From Fistulifera solaris (Eukaryota): a DNA stretch of 64,000 nucleotides. The first letter of the stretch is position 1. The number at the start of each line of letters is the position of its first letter. The translations under genes were made by a program, and so were the position numbers. Location: assembly GCA_030295235.1 (NCBI GenBank), contig AP026146.1, forward strand, positions 186,001 to 250,000, read 5' to 3'. Shown in pieces: positions 47,900 to 60,606 of this stretch. A model generated the notes under the pieces. The model worked only from the letters and a program-made list of their open reading frames with translations, was not told the origin of the DNA and searched no databases.

Positions 47900-49373
47900 A
47901 TGTCTTCCGATAGCGAAACTGATGACAGGAAACCTCCTCCGGTGACCGCCGGTACTCGCCTCGCAGTTTCACCAAGCGCAAAAGTCGAAAAGGATGTTCA
48001 GGCCACTTTTTCCGAGCCCGTTCTCGCGCCAAAGTTCGGCCTTGTTCAAGGTTCTATCCCAGCTATTGGTGGTCCTCCGGATGCAAACTTTACTCGCGAG
48101 TGTTAACCTTGTGCCTGCGACGCCCTACTGCTTCCGAGATCCGAATCCTTATCGCGCTGAGAAAAGTTTTAAGGATCGCATCGCCGGTCTCGACCCCAAG
48201 TTCAGTCCTACTGCGAATGACTACCGCCTTGTTGAGCTCGCGGATGAAGCGTTCAACCATTGTATTACGCATGGTCTCGATACCGTTCTACATGAATGAT
48301 CCTGCTGATCTCAGTCGTGTCATCGATCTCTTCGTGTACCATGGCAAGTTCACTTTCGACGAAGTCGCGAAGCATCTTGAAGACATGATCAAGTCCGGTG
48401 TCTTTGATCAGTACATGATCAACTCGCTTAGCGATTCGGCTGCTTTTCTGCTCAACTCGTTGGAGCGCTCCTTCCAGCGCCGCGATTCGTACTTCCTTGA
48501 GTTCCGGCCATGCAGCGCTTTGGCCCTTTGGTTTGGATGAAAATCACCGAAGAAGTTCTTCCCAACGCATTTCGCCCGTGTCTCAGAGCTCGGAGAGGAG
48601 TTCACGAAGCGCACGTTGGTTGAAACTCCCGGTGAGAATGTTGCTGCTTGGGGCGAATGCGCCAGATGGAGACTTTGCAGGAGTTGGAAGCTAATGACCA
48701 GCTCCCTCGCGACCACTTGATTATTTTGCAGCAGCAGCTGTGCAAATGTTCGGTCGGCGTTCCGTGTTCACTGGCACACGAAGTTGGCATCTCTCTCCGA
48801 CTTTGTGCGTCTCTCTGCCGGAAAGTCGAAGGAAGTTGCTGAAAGGATGAGCGGTTATACAAACTATCGCGCATTCTCCATGAAGCTAAAGATTTCTACA
48901 GCACCCTTAAGGACGATTGGGGACCGGCTAAAGGAGTTGCTACTGATGTTAGTGCTAATACTGCGGCTATCAAGAGTCTCAAAGCCGAGTTCAAGACCCT
49001 CAAGTCGAAATTCGAGTCGAACGGCACTAAAACTGCCTCCTCGAAGACCAAAGACAAGAAGGCGAACAAAGACAAGGCTGCTCCGAAGGCTAGCGGTGGT
49101 GATGGCGAAAAGAAAAGCAGTGGTTCGACCGAAACTTCGTTGGACTCGCATCGCGCCGGACGGCGAGCCCACCACCATGACCAAGTGCGGCAAGACTTTC
49201 TATTATTGCTAGCCAAGTGCAAGCGTTGGAACCAGACTCATGGAACCGGCGAGCACAAGAGCAAAGAAGAGAAGCCCGCTGATGCCAAGCCCGCCGCTCC
49301 TGCCGCTAATGTTGCTCAAGCTTGGACGGCACCCTTGCAGTTCTGTTGGGGTTCCGACAGCGATTCCGAATAG
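47900..49373 (+). CDS. gag: Retrotransposon gag (frameshifted)
   Basis: ATG at 47900; fragments over several frames; C-terminal C..C-x6-H-x4-H knuckle (YYC/AKCKRWNQTHGTGEH); TAG at 49371-49373. Confidence 0.7.
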
Positions 49374-49707
49374 GAAATCGGCAGGGAAGGTGAACCTTCG
49401 ATCGAGGTCCCTTCCTGAGCCTTTTGTCCATATTTATCGGTCGTTTATTGTTGGAGCTTTTGCCGAAGCATTTTATTCTTTGCTGGTTGATTGTGGAGTG
49501 CTTTTCTTGGTGGCGTCATTTCCGTGTTGCTGCGACCATCTCGAGGTGGTTGCGTGCCCAAAGTGCCGCTCATCGTCGCTCTCTTGGTCTTCGGCCGCGA
49601 TTCACGCCTTTGCCCGAGCGTCTCATCTCTCTCCCGTGTCGTTTCATGGTGCTTTCTTCCGATCATGACGAGCATGTGGCGAGTGACGCTTACGCTCGGC
49701 GCCCCCG

Positions 49708-52700
49708 GTGTTGTTTATGGAGTCAACTTGGTGCCCGCCTGGCATGGCTGCTACCAGTTTCATCCAAGTGATCGCAGCCGACGTTTGCGCCCGACCTCCT
49801 GATCCTTCTTCATCTTCAAACGATTCGTCTTGTCAGCATGGTGAGGATGGTGTTTTTCGGCGTCGCAAGCAAAATCGTTTTGTCGAAACTGCGAGAGGAG
49901 CAAACGTCGTCGAAGACTTCGAAGCGATTCCTCGTTGGGCCTTGGAGCTTCCGGATATGATTGACAGCAATGGCCATTTGTGTACCGAGTCTTTAGATTT
50001 ATCGTGTCCGCCGAACGGGCATCCTAAGCCTTGGAACCTACTGGACGACTCTCTTCTGTTTTGCTATCCCACTGGGCATTTCTTTCCAGAGGGAGCTGCT
50101 AGTGAAAGTGAGACGATGTTGCTTCGAGAGGGAGATAATAGTGTAGACAACTCTAAAGCCTACTTTGCACCGTACGCGAAGCTGCCCCCGTCTATTTATG
50201 CCCTCCCTGCTTTGCATCAAGTGCATGTCGCTGGAAAGCCTACCATGGCGGATCTGTTTCCGGTTATTTGGGATACTGGAGCCACAGTTGCTGTTACTTT
50301 CGACCGTGCTGACTTCACGTCCTACACTCCGACTACTGGCGATAAAGTTTTGTCTGGCTTTGCTGCAGGTTCTTCGATTGCCGGCACGGGCACTCTTGAG
50401 TGGACTGTTACTCTGTCCAACGGCAAGGGCTTTACTTTTCGGATCCCTGGGCTACATGTGCCCGATGCCAATGTCCGACTCTTCAGCCCACAGTCCTACT
50501 GTCAATTGGTGAAGGCGCAACGTAACGACGAACCGCGTTTTTCAGGCGACTCGAGCCTCATTCATGTCGATCTGTTGGACGGCCACTTTCTTGATATTGT
50601 TTACTCTCCGGAAAACAACTTGCCTACTCTGGAGATGTTCCGAAAACAATCTGTTGCTCTCAATGCTGCAAAGATTCGAAACTGTGTGACCGCTGGCTGA
50701 GAATCAAAACTTGAGTGAAGCACAGAAATTTCTTCTTCGCTTACATTTCCGATTTGTTCACCGAAGCATGAAAAATATTCAAGCCTTGCTCAAAACCGGC
50801 GCTCTCGGAAAGTCTGCTGAAGTCAAAGCGGCGGCGCGTTGTGATATTCCCAAGTGCGCTGCTTGCATGTATGGAAAAGGAAAAGCAAGTCGACTGGAGC
50901 AAAATTGACCGTCGATCGCCAATCCAAAGTTCTCTCGAAGGATATTTTAATTCCGGGCCAGAAGGTTTCAATGGATCACTTCTCTGTTTCAACGAGGGGA
51001 CGTCTCTACTCTGGTTTCGGTGGTACCAAAGATGATGAGAAGTTCAAAGGCGGTGTGATTTTTGTCGATCATGCAAGTGGATTCGTGTACGTCGTTCACG
51101 TTTTGAATTTTACTGCTGGCGAGGCTTTGCGCGCCAAGTTGGAGTTCGAAAGTGCAATGGCTAATCACGGCATCACGGTGGTCCAATATCATACCGACAA
51201 TGGCACGTTTACGGCGCAGGAGTTCACAAAGCAAATTGATCTGAACTACCAGTCGATGACTCTCAGTGGACCTGGTGCTCACCACCAAAATGCTGTTGCT
51301 GAGCGCGATCGGAAGTATTATATCTCTTGCACGCACCACGATGCTACATGCTAAACTGCGTTGGCCGAAAGCGATTTCTTCGGATTTGTGGCCTCAGGGC
51401 GATCGATTATGTCGTTCAAAATTTCAACTACGGACCCGGGCGAAAATAATTCATCTCCGGCTGATATGATCTTCAGAACAACGACCGATCGAAAAGTGTT
51501 TGCTGATATGCATGTATGGGGATCACCCGCGTATATTTTGAACCCTCAATTGCAAGATGGGCACAAGATTCCAAAATTTGAACCTCGCTCGAGACGCCGG
51601 GCGTTTTCTTGGGTTTGTCAAAGCGGCATGCATCGAATGTTCCTGTCGTTCTGAACCTAGAAACAAACCGGATTTCCGCGCAGTTCCATGTTGTTGTTGA
51701 TGATTGGTTTGCCACTGTTTGAATGTCGTTAATGAGGATGATTCTGTCGATCCGGAGACTTGGGCCGACATCTTCGCATCATCTCGCTTTCAGGTATTTT
51801 TCGATGATGATGATCCGATCGACTTGGATGATGAATGGTTGAGTCAAGATGAGTTGCATGTTCGAATTCAAGAGCGATCTCGCAAAATTCGAAGCGTCCA
51901 AGACACTGCTAGCCCTCCAGTTGATTTCGACAAAGTGCACCAGCGATTACGAACCGATGCCGAGCCTACAACTGAAAAGAGTTCAAAACGAGCCTACATT
52001 GCAGAGGGAGCCAGAACAAAAGACAGTTACTACTCCTGTTAAATTATCTGAGCCTATTTCAAAGCCGGTTGAGCCGATTCCTGCTCCAAAGGTTGCTGTG
52101 GATGCCAAGCCTCCATCAAGTTCGCGGAAGAAGACACCAGCTGTTCCTGCCGAACCTCGCCCGATCCACTCGCGAGAGGCGTGCTCCAAAGAGATTCAAT
52201 GAATTTATTACAAAGCGTTGCTTCGGTTGTTCTTGCGCCGATTCCTCGCGAAACTTTCTCTTTTATTGCGTCGATTCATTCCGGCCTTGTTGCTTGTTGG
52301 GATTCGGAGATCGGCGAGTTTGATTTGCGCGACCCTGTTGCTTTTGCCGCTATGCAGCGTGCAAAGAAGCCAAAGAAAGGTTCCGATCCCGACTATCCAA
52401 TGTATCATCAAGCAATGTCGTCTGCCGAATATCGAGAATGGCAAGAGGCGATGGTGAAAGAAATTCGAATGTTGGAGATGATGGGGACGTGGAAGAAAAT
52501 TCCGCGAGCTTCAGTACCTGCGAATAAGCGTGATAAGATCCACTTGGGGCGTTTCGGCTTAAACGTTCACCGGATGGGACACCCACAGTACAAGGCGAGG
52601 TTTTGTGTTCGTGGCGACATGGAGATAAAAGGAGTAGACTACTTGAGTCCTACTCTCCTGTCGTACAGTGGTCCACAGTTCGGTTGCTGTTAATTATGTC

Positions 52701-53978
52701 CATCGTCCACGGAATGCATACCCGCCAAGTTGATTATGTCAATGCGTTTGCTCAAGCCCCTTTGCCACCTACTGAAGAGTGCTACATTGAGATGCCTCAA
52801 GGATTTCACGGCGATGGCGAAGACACTGTTTTGATGCTCCAGAAGACGCTTTCACGGAAAGTCCGACAGTCCACTCCGATTCTTCAACTTGTTGAAGGAC
52901 ACTTTGGAGAAGCATGGTTTCAAACAGTTGGTCGACATCGATGCTTGCCTGTTCGTGCACGAGAAAATTATTTGTTTGACTTATGTCGATGATTGCCTTT
53001 GGTTCAGTCTCGATGAAAAGTGCATGGATGACATGATTGACACTATTGACAAGGTTTTAACTTTAACTGTGGAGTCGAAAGATGTTTCCGCGTTCTTGGG
53101 AATTCAGTTTACCCGTCGTGGAGATACTATCGAGTTGACCCAGAAAGGTCTCATTAAACGCGTCATCGAAGCCACCGACATGGCTGATTGTAATTCTTGC
53201 GACACGCCTGCTGAAAACAAGCCATTGGGAAAAGATTTGGCTGGTGCTGCGTTTGCCGAGTCTTGGAATTATGCTTCGGTTGTCGGAATGTTGCTCTACT
53301 TGTCGTCAAACTCTCGACCGGATATTGCATTTGCCGTCCATCAGTGCGCTCGTTTCACTCATTCGCCAAGACAAAGTCATGCTAAAGCGATCAAGAGAAT
53401 CGTCCGCTATTTAAAAGGAACGGCAGATCGTGGTTTGGTGATGCGTCCGACGAAAGAGTTAAAAATTGATTGTTTTGTTGATGCCGACTTTGCCGGATTG
53501 TGGGGTGCTGAAGATCCTGAAGATCCGATAAGTGTGAAGTCAGCGTACTGGTTATATTTTGACGCCGGCAATTGCCCCCCTACTTTGGGTATCGAAGCTA
53601 CAGTCTGAAATCTCTCTAAGTACAATGGAGAGTGAATATGTCGCATTGAGTACCGCCATGCGCGATGTTTTGCCGATGCGAAGACTTGTTACTGCTGTTG
53701 CTAAGGCTATTACTGGAGAAGACCAAGTCGAGAGCATTGCCCATTCGGATGTATTTGAAGACAACAATGGAGCGCTCACTCTTGCTACAATTCCGCGGAT
53801 GACCCCTCGCTCGAAGCACTACGGCACGAAGTATCATTTCTTCCGACAACATGTTCAAAGTGGTGAATTGAAAATCAACAAGATTGACACTACAGAACAG
53901 CTTGCGGATATCATGACGAAAGGATTGCCTAGGGAAACATTTACCTATCTTCGGAGACAAGTTAATGGGTTGGGTTGA
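49708..53978 (+). CDS. pol: Retrotransposon pol: protease, integrase, reverse transcriptase, RNase H (frameshifted)
   Basis: PR IWDTGA at about 50270; HHCC LHFRFVH..CAAC; IN SMDH, HTDNG, HHQNAVAER; RT YKARFCVRG, QVDYVNAF, YVDD; RH VDADFAG, ESEY, EDN, ADIMTK. Confidence 0.93.
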
Positions 53979-53996
53979 AAGTGGTCTCTCTTCGTC

Positions 53997-54006
53997 TGAG
54001 AGGGAG
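53997..54006 (+). promoter_or_regulatory. Polypurine tract
   Basis: (T)GAGAGGGAG immediately before the 3' LTR. Confidence 0.85.
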
Positions 54007-54459
54007 TGTCACGGAAATGCGGATAGCGGGCAGACTACTAGGGACTCAGCCAATATGGCCGCACGACCTGATGCAAATTCCGATCCCCAAATCGGAAGCA
54101 TCCGGAGTGTAACCTCTTGGGCGAGGCCCAAGGGTCTTTGCACGATTTGGGTTGATCGTGAAGGCGTGAAAGGTTTGCAAGCAACGCGATACAAGAATGT
54201 TAGAGCCACATACGTGAGCTCAGAATTTCAAGATAAAACAAGACCTAGTCCGATGGCAAGTGACATTCTCGGCGGAACCATCACCCAGTGAGATTCCACC
54301 TTGTTCATTTGTCGGATTTGTAAAGGCTTCATAATATTGTTGTTTGGAAAACTTTGACTGTTTATCGTCTTAGCTCTACCAGATACTTCCTCTTCTGTTG
54401 TTGCGAAACGTAGCGACTTGGTTGACAGAATTTCTGTTTCTGTCCGTCGATACGTGAGA
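54007..54459 (+). repeat. 3' LTR (453 bp)
   Basis: By eye it differs from the 5' LTR by only three single-base deletions. Confidence 0.96.
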
Positions 54460-54800
54460 CGGATCGCGGATCGCGGCGGCCGCGCACTGGATCGCATTGG
54501 CATTGGGCGTGACGGGACAGACAAGTCACTTGTGCGTATCGATACCAGTAAGACTAATAATGGTTTTACATTTGCATAGTGTGAAACTTGGTTCATGGTT
54601 TTTCAGCTCCAAAATGTTTTTGTCGCCAAATCCTCATATTATACAATACGTTAGTTGATGACAATATGATGACTTACCATTCATTCATTCCTTACTGACG
54701 GGAAGTTCTGTATCGATTTCGCCATTCCTTCTTCGATCTGTTAGACGCCCAAAAGCAAAGGCGCATAACTGCCGCTTTGACCGCGAGTAGAGCAGGGACG

Positions 54801-56041
54801 ATGAAGCGACTCCGAAGCATCTGTACTCCTCTACCAAGGATTCGATGCATCACTTTTACGGGAACTTTTCTATCGATCAAGCGGATGGTTTCCTCGGATT
54901 TTTGCCATAGAGTCATACCTACTGTTCATATTACATGTCATCCTGGTTTGGAGCCCTTCTTACGACAAGAAATCCAGACAATCTTGAATCGCCCAGAAAT
55001 GACACTGCGCGGCAATCGAGTTCATGTCCCAAATATGACACACACACAATTGTTCGAATGCTGTTTACGATTGGGTTGTGCCACGCAAATTTCGGTCCCC
55101 TTACTTGACAATCCATTACAATGTCGCGGATTCGCTGAACTCGAACGCAAACTGCAACACTTGCCGTGGAAAAAATGGATCTTGAACGAGAAGCTGTCCT
55201 TCCAAGTGCAAGTATCATGTCAAAAAAGTCGCTTGTATCATACGACAGCCATTACGGAACGAATCAAACGAGTTCTTTCGACAGTGTCTTCTCCTGCCGA
55301 TGAGGGACCCGTTGTGGCTTTGCAAGCACAACTCCATCGAGATCATTTGCAACTCTACTTGAACGCGCGCTCCTTCCCGTTGCATCAACGCGGGTACCGA
55401 TTGGAAACGGGGAAAGCACCCTGCGAGAAGATCTAGCCTACGCTATGCTGTGGAGTGCGGGACTGCATTCGTTTGATGCCGTTTTGGATCCATTTTGTGG
55501 TTCGGGTACATTGGTATTGGAAGCGGCCGCCATGGTAAATGGATTACCTCCGGGACGATTGCACGATGCACCCTTTTACGGAACGTTCCTGCAAAATGAC
55601 AAGTTGTGGGCAACTCTGAAAGAAAAACGCGATCCCTGCCGTCCCGTGCACGTTGCGGGATCGGATCGGGATGCCGGAGTTATTGAATCGGCCCAAGCCA
55701 ACGCGGTCCGTGCGGGTGTAGACGACTTGGTAACACTTCAACAAGGTGCATTTTCATCTCATCCATGGCTTTCATCAGATTTACGCCCACGGAATCTCCT
55801 TTGGATCTCCAACTTGCCGTTTGGCAAACGAACTACTACCTCGAGACGTTCGGGCCGTGTACCGGCACTGCTTCCCCTCTATCAAAAAATCGTGCAACAC
55901 ATCCATGAGACAACATGCAGGGCCGTGCTCTTGACGGATAATCAATCTTTGTTACGTCGATGTGGAATTTTGAATGAAAAGGAATTGTTTCACTTTTCCC
56001 ATGGAGGGATACCTGTTTCCGTCGTTCGCGTGCACTCCTAG
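54801..56041 (+). CDS. THUMP-domain RNA methyltransferase (RlmL-like)
   Basis: TCHPGLE, KSRLYHT, PLHQRGYR..KAP/LREDLA, DPFCGSGT, GSDRD, SNLPFG. Frameshift near 55420. Confidence 0.88.
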
Positions 56042-56488
56042 GAAGGGCTTACTACCGAAACGTGTCTTTGACATAGATTAATACGCGGACACAGTACGGT
56101 ATGTCAGAAAACAAACGGGGATAGATTTCCTTGGAAGTGCTGCGCTGGAGAAGATCGCTTCTGATAGCAATGTCCTAGTGACCCATGAAAGATCGATCGA
56201 TCAAGCTACGTTTGCACAATATCCTTCAACTCGAATAGTGTTTAAGACTTCTATCTACATCTGCAATTCCCTCTTTTGCTCACCTTGTATTCACTATAGC
56301 TAAACTACTTTTTAGGTAGTGTTATAGTGTTTGAAAGAAGGCTGACGACGACCAGACCTCGCGATTTCGCAAAAATAAAAATGACGGCGAACTAACGCGG
56401 CGAAATATGCCGCAGATCATGGTGATGATGATAGCTTTTTTTATTGTAAGCAACTGTATTCAAACCAAGCGACTTATCTACAATCGCA

Positions 56489-58383
56489 ATGGTAAAATCG
56501 AATGCATTGCGGAATCGAGCGGTTCTTCAGGAAAGCCCACGAAGGATTACCGCTACAAGAACGGACCGAAGAATCATCCTTCATCCGTCCCGGCCATCGC
56601 AAGGGTCGACGACTCCTGATTTGATTTTGTACTTGGCGATCGCTCTTGTCTTGACGGTGATTGCTGCTTGCTTGATTGTGTACATTCATTTAATTGATAT
56701 ATATTACTTATCGTCACCAGAAGTACGAGAGAATTCGTACGTGCCACTAACGAGGACTCGGTATCCTCCACCATTTCCGGAAATCACACGGACCCGCGTC
56801 GATCTTTCTCCACAAGCTTTAGAGATGTGCACACGTACCTTGTGGCATACCGTAGAAACGACCACGATTGTTTTACCCAACCAAGAAACGTTCATTCATA
56901 CGGGTGATATTGATGATTTATGGCTACGAGTACGTAAAACGTCGATGCATGTCTCATACTTCTCGCATCACTCACACACTTTGACAGGACAGTGCGGCCC
57001 AAATTCATCCCCTCCTCGTTCCTTTTTTCAATGGTACGGCACTCATTCAACAGGACCCTCGATTGGATCGTATCGTCTCGGGATTGATCTTGCGGACGGC
57101 CATGTACATTCGTCACGATCCGTACGCCAATGCCTTTCGTATCGATGATACCTACGTCTTTAGTGCGGCACAGAAAGCCATGGGACGGCATGACTTGATT
57201 TCGACGTGGAATTATGAACTCGATTCGGCTTGTTATTATATGCGCATGCTTTATTTTTATTGGAAACAAGCGCCATCTCCGGAACTTGTTTTAAAACGAT
57301 CGGCAGTGGAACAAGCCGTAGATATTATGGTAGATTTGTGGATTGCCGAACAAAGGCATGAGGAAGATGCTTATCCTACCGGGGATTTGTTTGATTGTGG
57401 GAATTGCAATCGACCGTATCGTTATCCAGGGTTGCCACGCGAAGGCAAGGGGGCGCCCACCAATGCATCGTCGGGACTCATTTGGACGGGTACGTGTTTT
57501 TCTCTTTGAAAAAGTAACCAAGTGATGCGGCCTGGACCAAACTCTTATATTTTATCGTCTAGGGTTTCGTCCGAGCGATGACGAATGTGAATTCAACTAT
57601 TTAATTCCAGCGAATATGTTTGCCGTCGTGGCTTTGGAGTACATGGCAGAAATGGCCGATGATTTGTGGAAAAACGATGTACTGGCGAAAAAGGCACGGA
57701 AGCTGGCAGCGGAAGTCCAACGTGGAATTGAGGAACACGCCGTGATCCATCATCCGAATCACGGAAAGATCTATGCCTATGAAGTCGATGGTCTGGGCGG
57801 TGCCAATCTCATGGACGATGCTAATGTTCCAAGTCTTCTGAGTATCCCATACCTTGGTTATTTACATTACGATCCACAGATATACCAGAATACCCGCAAC
57901 TTCGTTCTTTCTCCAGACAATCCCACCTACAACGTAGGAACATTTCAAGGGCATAAGGTCGAAGGCGTGGGGAGTCCGCACATGCAGGCACGCATCCGCA
58001 AAAATGTTTGGCCCATGTCGATTGCAATGCAAGGCCTGACGAGTTCCAATGTAGCGGAGAAAGTGCGGCTTATCGAAACTCTTGTCGTCACTACCGGGGG
58101 AACTGGTTGGATGCATGAATCCATCGACCCCAATCGACCCCAACAATTTACACGTTCATGGTTTTGTTGGTACGTAGAGCTATTCACAACGATGCGTGCG
58201 CGTGTAAAAGGTTACAGTCTCACGTGTGTGGCGGTTTGTGCCAATTGTAGGAGTGATAGCCTTTTCGCTGAGCTCGTTTTGTCACTGACCGACCAGTGCC
58301 CGGACCCCTCCCACAAATACAAAGTGCTCGAATGGAGGGACCCCGTAACGGTTCAAGGTGGTCGATTTTCTGCAGACAGATAA
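56489..58383 (+). CDS. Glycoside hydrolase family 125 (exo-alpha-1,6-mannosidase-like), type II membrane protein
   Basis: TGDIDDLWLR|DSAAQ, DPYANAF, YELDS, GFRPSDD, YAYEVDG, DDANVPSLL, FTRSWFCW. Three introns. Confidence 0.92.
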
Positions 58384-58404
58384 TCCTAAAAATCGAATTG
58401 ATCA

Positions 58405-60606
58405 CTATTCCATTTCGAATGTCTCCAGCAACGGATTTATTTTGAGGCGATCAAGAAAGCTTTTTAGGCGAATAGCTCCCATGGAAGGCCAAAATCTGAA
58501 CACTTCCTCCTGTCGTCGGTTTAAGACTCGGATGAATGACGAAAATGGATTCAACAAAGACGTTTTCTCCGTCGATACTTCGAATTCAACATCTTTCAAG
58601 GCAAACAGTTGCGTTTTTGTACCGCCTATGATTGGAATGCGCCGCGTAGAAAACAGAATAAAATTACTCGTCACAGTGCATGATCCAGTTCCGGTCGTCC
58701 CCGGCAAAAAGCTCCAAGTAACCAAAGGTACTTGTCGAACTTTAGCAACAGCTTCAAAATCGTTCGCGGCAAGTATAGCTTTGACTGTGGCTTCCGCTTC
58801 GATGTCATCAATCATCGCCTTTTCATGTTCCTGCATTGCTGCTAGTCGGTCCATGACTTGACGGTTCTTTCGATCCAATCGCGCCGTCTGCTCTTCGTCA
58901 TCTTGCATTTGCAGTGCATTGAACACCAAATTGACTGCGTTGTCCGCCTTGATCATACTGCTTTCACCCTCCGAATCTTCTTTCGCCCATGTTTGTATTT
59001 GACTCAAAGCAGATTGCACGGATAATCCCCAAGGCGGACACGCAACATGTGGCGGCGTAAAGTCGAGTGAATAATCATTCAGCGACACAGGTTGTGGTAA
59101 AGGTGTCTCAGGGATTCCGTACAGTTGAAATGTCGGTTTTAACAAGGCGATCATATTAGCGCAAGCATATTCAGCTTCTCGAGCAAATTCTTCCAACTCT
59201 CCGGCGCCTTTCAACAACTGCTGAATCAATCGATCGCGTGACAACCGTCGTAATTGACCGCAATACTGGACATCCAAGGTCGGCAAGGCCGGAAACGCTC
59301 CGAATGGGGAATGCTCCAGAGAAGAGTAAAGTAGATCACGGGTATCCAGTTCGTCCCAGATTGTTTCGATGAGCGGCCATGAATTTTGTATTACCTGATA
59401 ATCCTGTGCATTCAATGCAGGCAACGTCGAGGACCCTTCTTTCACTGAAGGACACGCAATGTAATTCTCCAAAAGATGTGTCGAAACAGCCTGTTGCATG
59501 GACTGCTTTGTCAATGGATTTGATGACAAGCGTATCGGTTTGCGACTGGACTGAGGTGTCTCAATGCGCTGAATCAAAGCTGCGCATTCCCGTAAATGAA
59601 GACTGGGTGCATCTTTGGTCGACACTAATGTATTTGGATCTTCCTCATTGTCATCGTCATTCAGGTAAAGCCCATTTTCAATCAAATATTGAATATCCAC
59701 CAATTCATCCTGTTCCGACTTTTTCGACGGGGTCAAAGAATCCGTACTCTCCTGTGTGGAATGGCTGTTATAAAAAAGACGCATCAACAGTTGTCGTTCT
59801 AGAGTGGATTGTTCCGTTACCAATTGTAAATCCACGTCATAGTGCTGCGACCACGTCGCTTGCATATGTCCCCCTTGTCGTTTGTCAATTTCGGCATTTT
59901 GTTTCCCCAGGGCATGATGCAGTGCTTCCATGACGGTCCCGCACAAAACATCGGGACGGATGCGGATCGTGACAGTTCGAATCGGCAACGTCGTGACATG
60001 ACTTGTTTCCAAGTTAGTCGACGTTTGCAATCCCACAACCATTTGTTTCAATGTATCTTCGGACGGTGCCACGACCCATTCTTGAACGATCGGAATACGG
60101 CACGTAGTGTTGGACAAATGGTGGGTCATATTGACTCGATACAAGTGATTCCTTGGTTGGAGCGCTGTCGTATTATTCGCGGACAATTGCAACACTGTCA
60201 TGTGATCTTCTTGTCGATATCGAGTCGTCTTGGGTGTCATCGGCCTGGCTGCCTCGCCACTCGTCATATAAAACGAAGAAGGACTGTGAGGAGTAATAAT
60301 ATCTGTCTTTTGCCATTCTTCTTCATTGTCGGAGATCGATTCCTGATGTCGTTGCCAAAGATCCTCTGGTTCTTCCAAGTAGACTTGATCTAATTCTCTT
60401 CGCAACAAATCTTCGGCGTGTTGTAAATCTTGCATTTCTTGATCCATATCGTCATCATATTCATTATTATCAAGTTGATTGGTGGAAGGTATCGAATGCA
60501 ACGTGTGGGTCAATAAGAGCGCTTCGGCTTGTTTTAACGAAGGTGCCAATCGTGCCGCCAAGGCGCGAACGGCATCTTCCTCTTCTTCCGCGGCGTCATT
60601 CGTCAT
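58405..60606 (-). CDS. Hypothetical coiled-coil protein with a possible C-terminal GRAM/PH-like domain
   Basis: Intact 733-aa ORF. GSCTVTSNFILFS..FALKDV resembles GRAM. Confidence 0.7.
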   Translation of the reverse strand: MTNDAAEEEEDAVRALAARLAPSLKQAEALLLTHTLHSIPSTNQLDNNEYDDDMDQEMQDLQHAEDLLRRELDQVYLEEPEDLWQRHQESISDNEEEWQKTDIITPHSPSSFYMTSGEAARPMTPKTTRYRQEDHMTVLQLSANNTTALQPRNHLYRVNMTHHLSNTTCRIPIVQEWVVAPSEDTLKQMVVGLQTSTNLETSHVTTLPIRTVTIRIRPDVLCGTVMEALHHALGKQNAEIDKRQGGHMQATWSQHYDVDLQLVTEQSTLERQLLMRLFYNSHSTQESTDSLTPSKKSEQDELVDIQYLIENGLYLNDDDNEEDPNTLVSTKDAPSLHLRECAALIQRIETPQSSRKPIRLSSNPLTKQSMQQAVSTHLLENYIACPSVKEGSSTLPALNAQDYQVIQNSWPLIETIWDELDTRDLLYSSLEHSPFGAFPALPTLDVQYCGQLRRLSRDRLIQQLLKGAGELEEFAREAEYACANMIALLKPTFQLYGIPETPLPQPVSLNDYSLDFTPPHVACPPWGLSVQSALSQIQTWAKEDSEGESSMIKADNAVNLVFNALQMQDDEEQTARLDRKNRQVMDRLAAMQEHEKAMIDDIEAEATVKAILAANDFEAVAKVRQVPLVTWSFLPGTTGTGSCTVTSNFILFSTRRIPIIGGTKTQLFALKDVEFEVSTEKTSLLNPFSSFIRVLNRRQEEVFRFWPSMGAIRLKSFLDRLKINPLLETFEME

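Larger units (their letters stand above)
47344..54459 (+). mobile_element. Full-length Ty1/copia LTR retrotransposon (CoDi-like)
   Basis: Two near-identical LTRs, a 5-bp TSD CGGAT (47339-47343 and 54460-54464), PBS, PPT, and domain order gag-PR-IN-RT-RH. Confidence 0.97.

Noticed and set aside
53965..54596. ORFs overlapping the 3' LTR (possible env-like or antisense gene)
   Set aside because: They are short, disrupted by indels in the other LTR copy or run into flanking DNA, and show no recognisable features.
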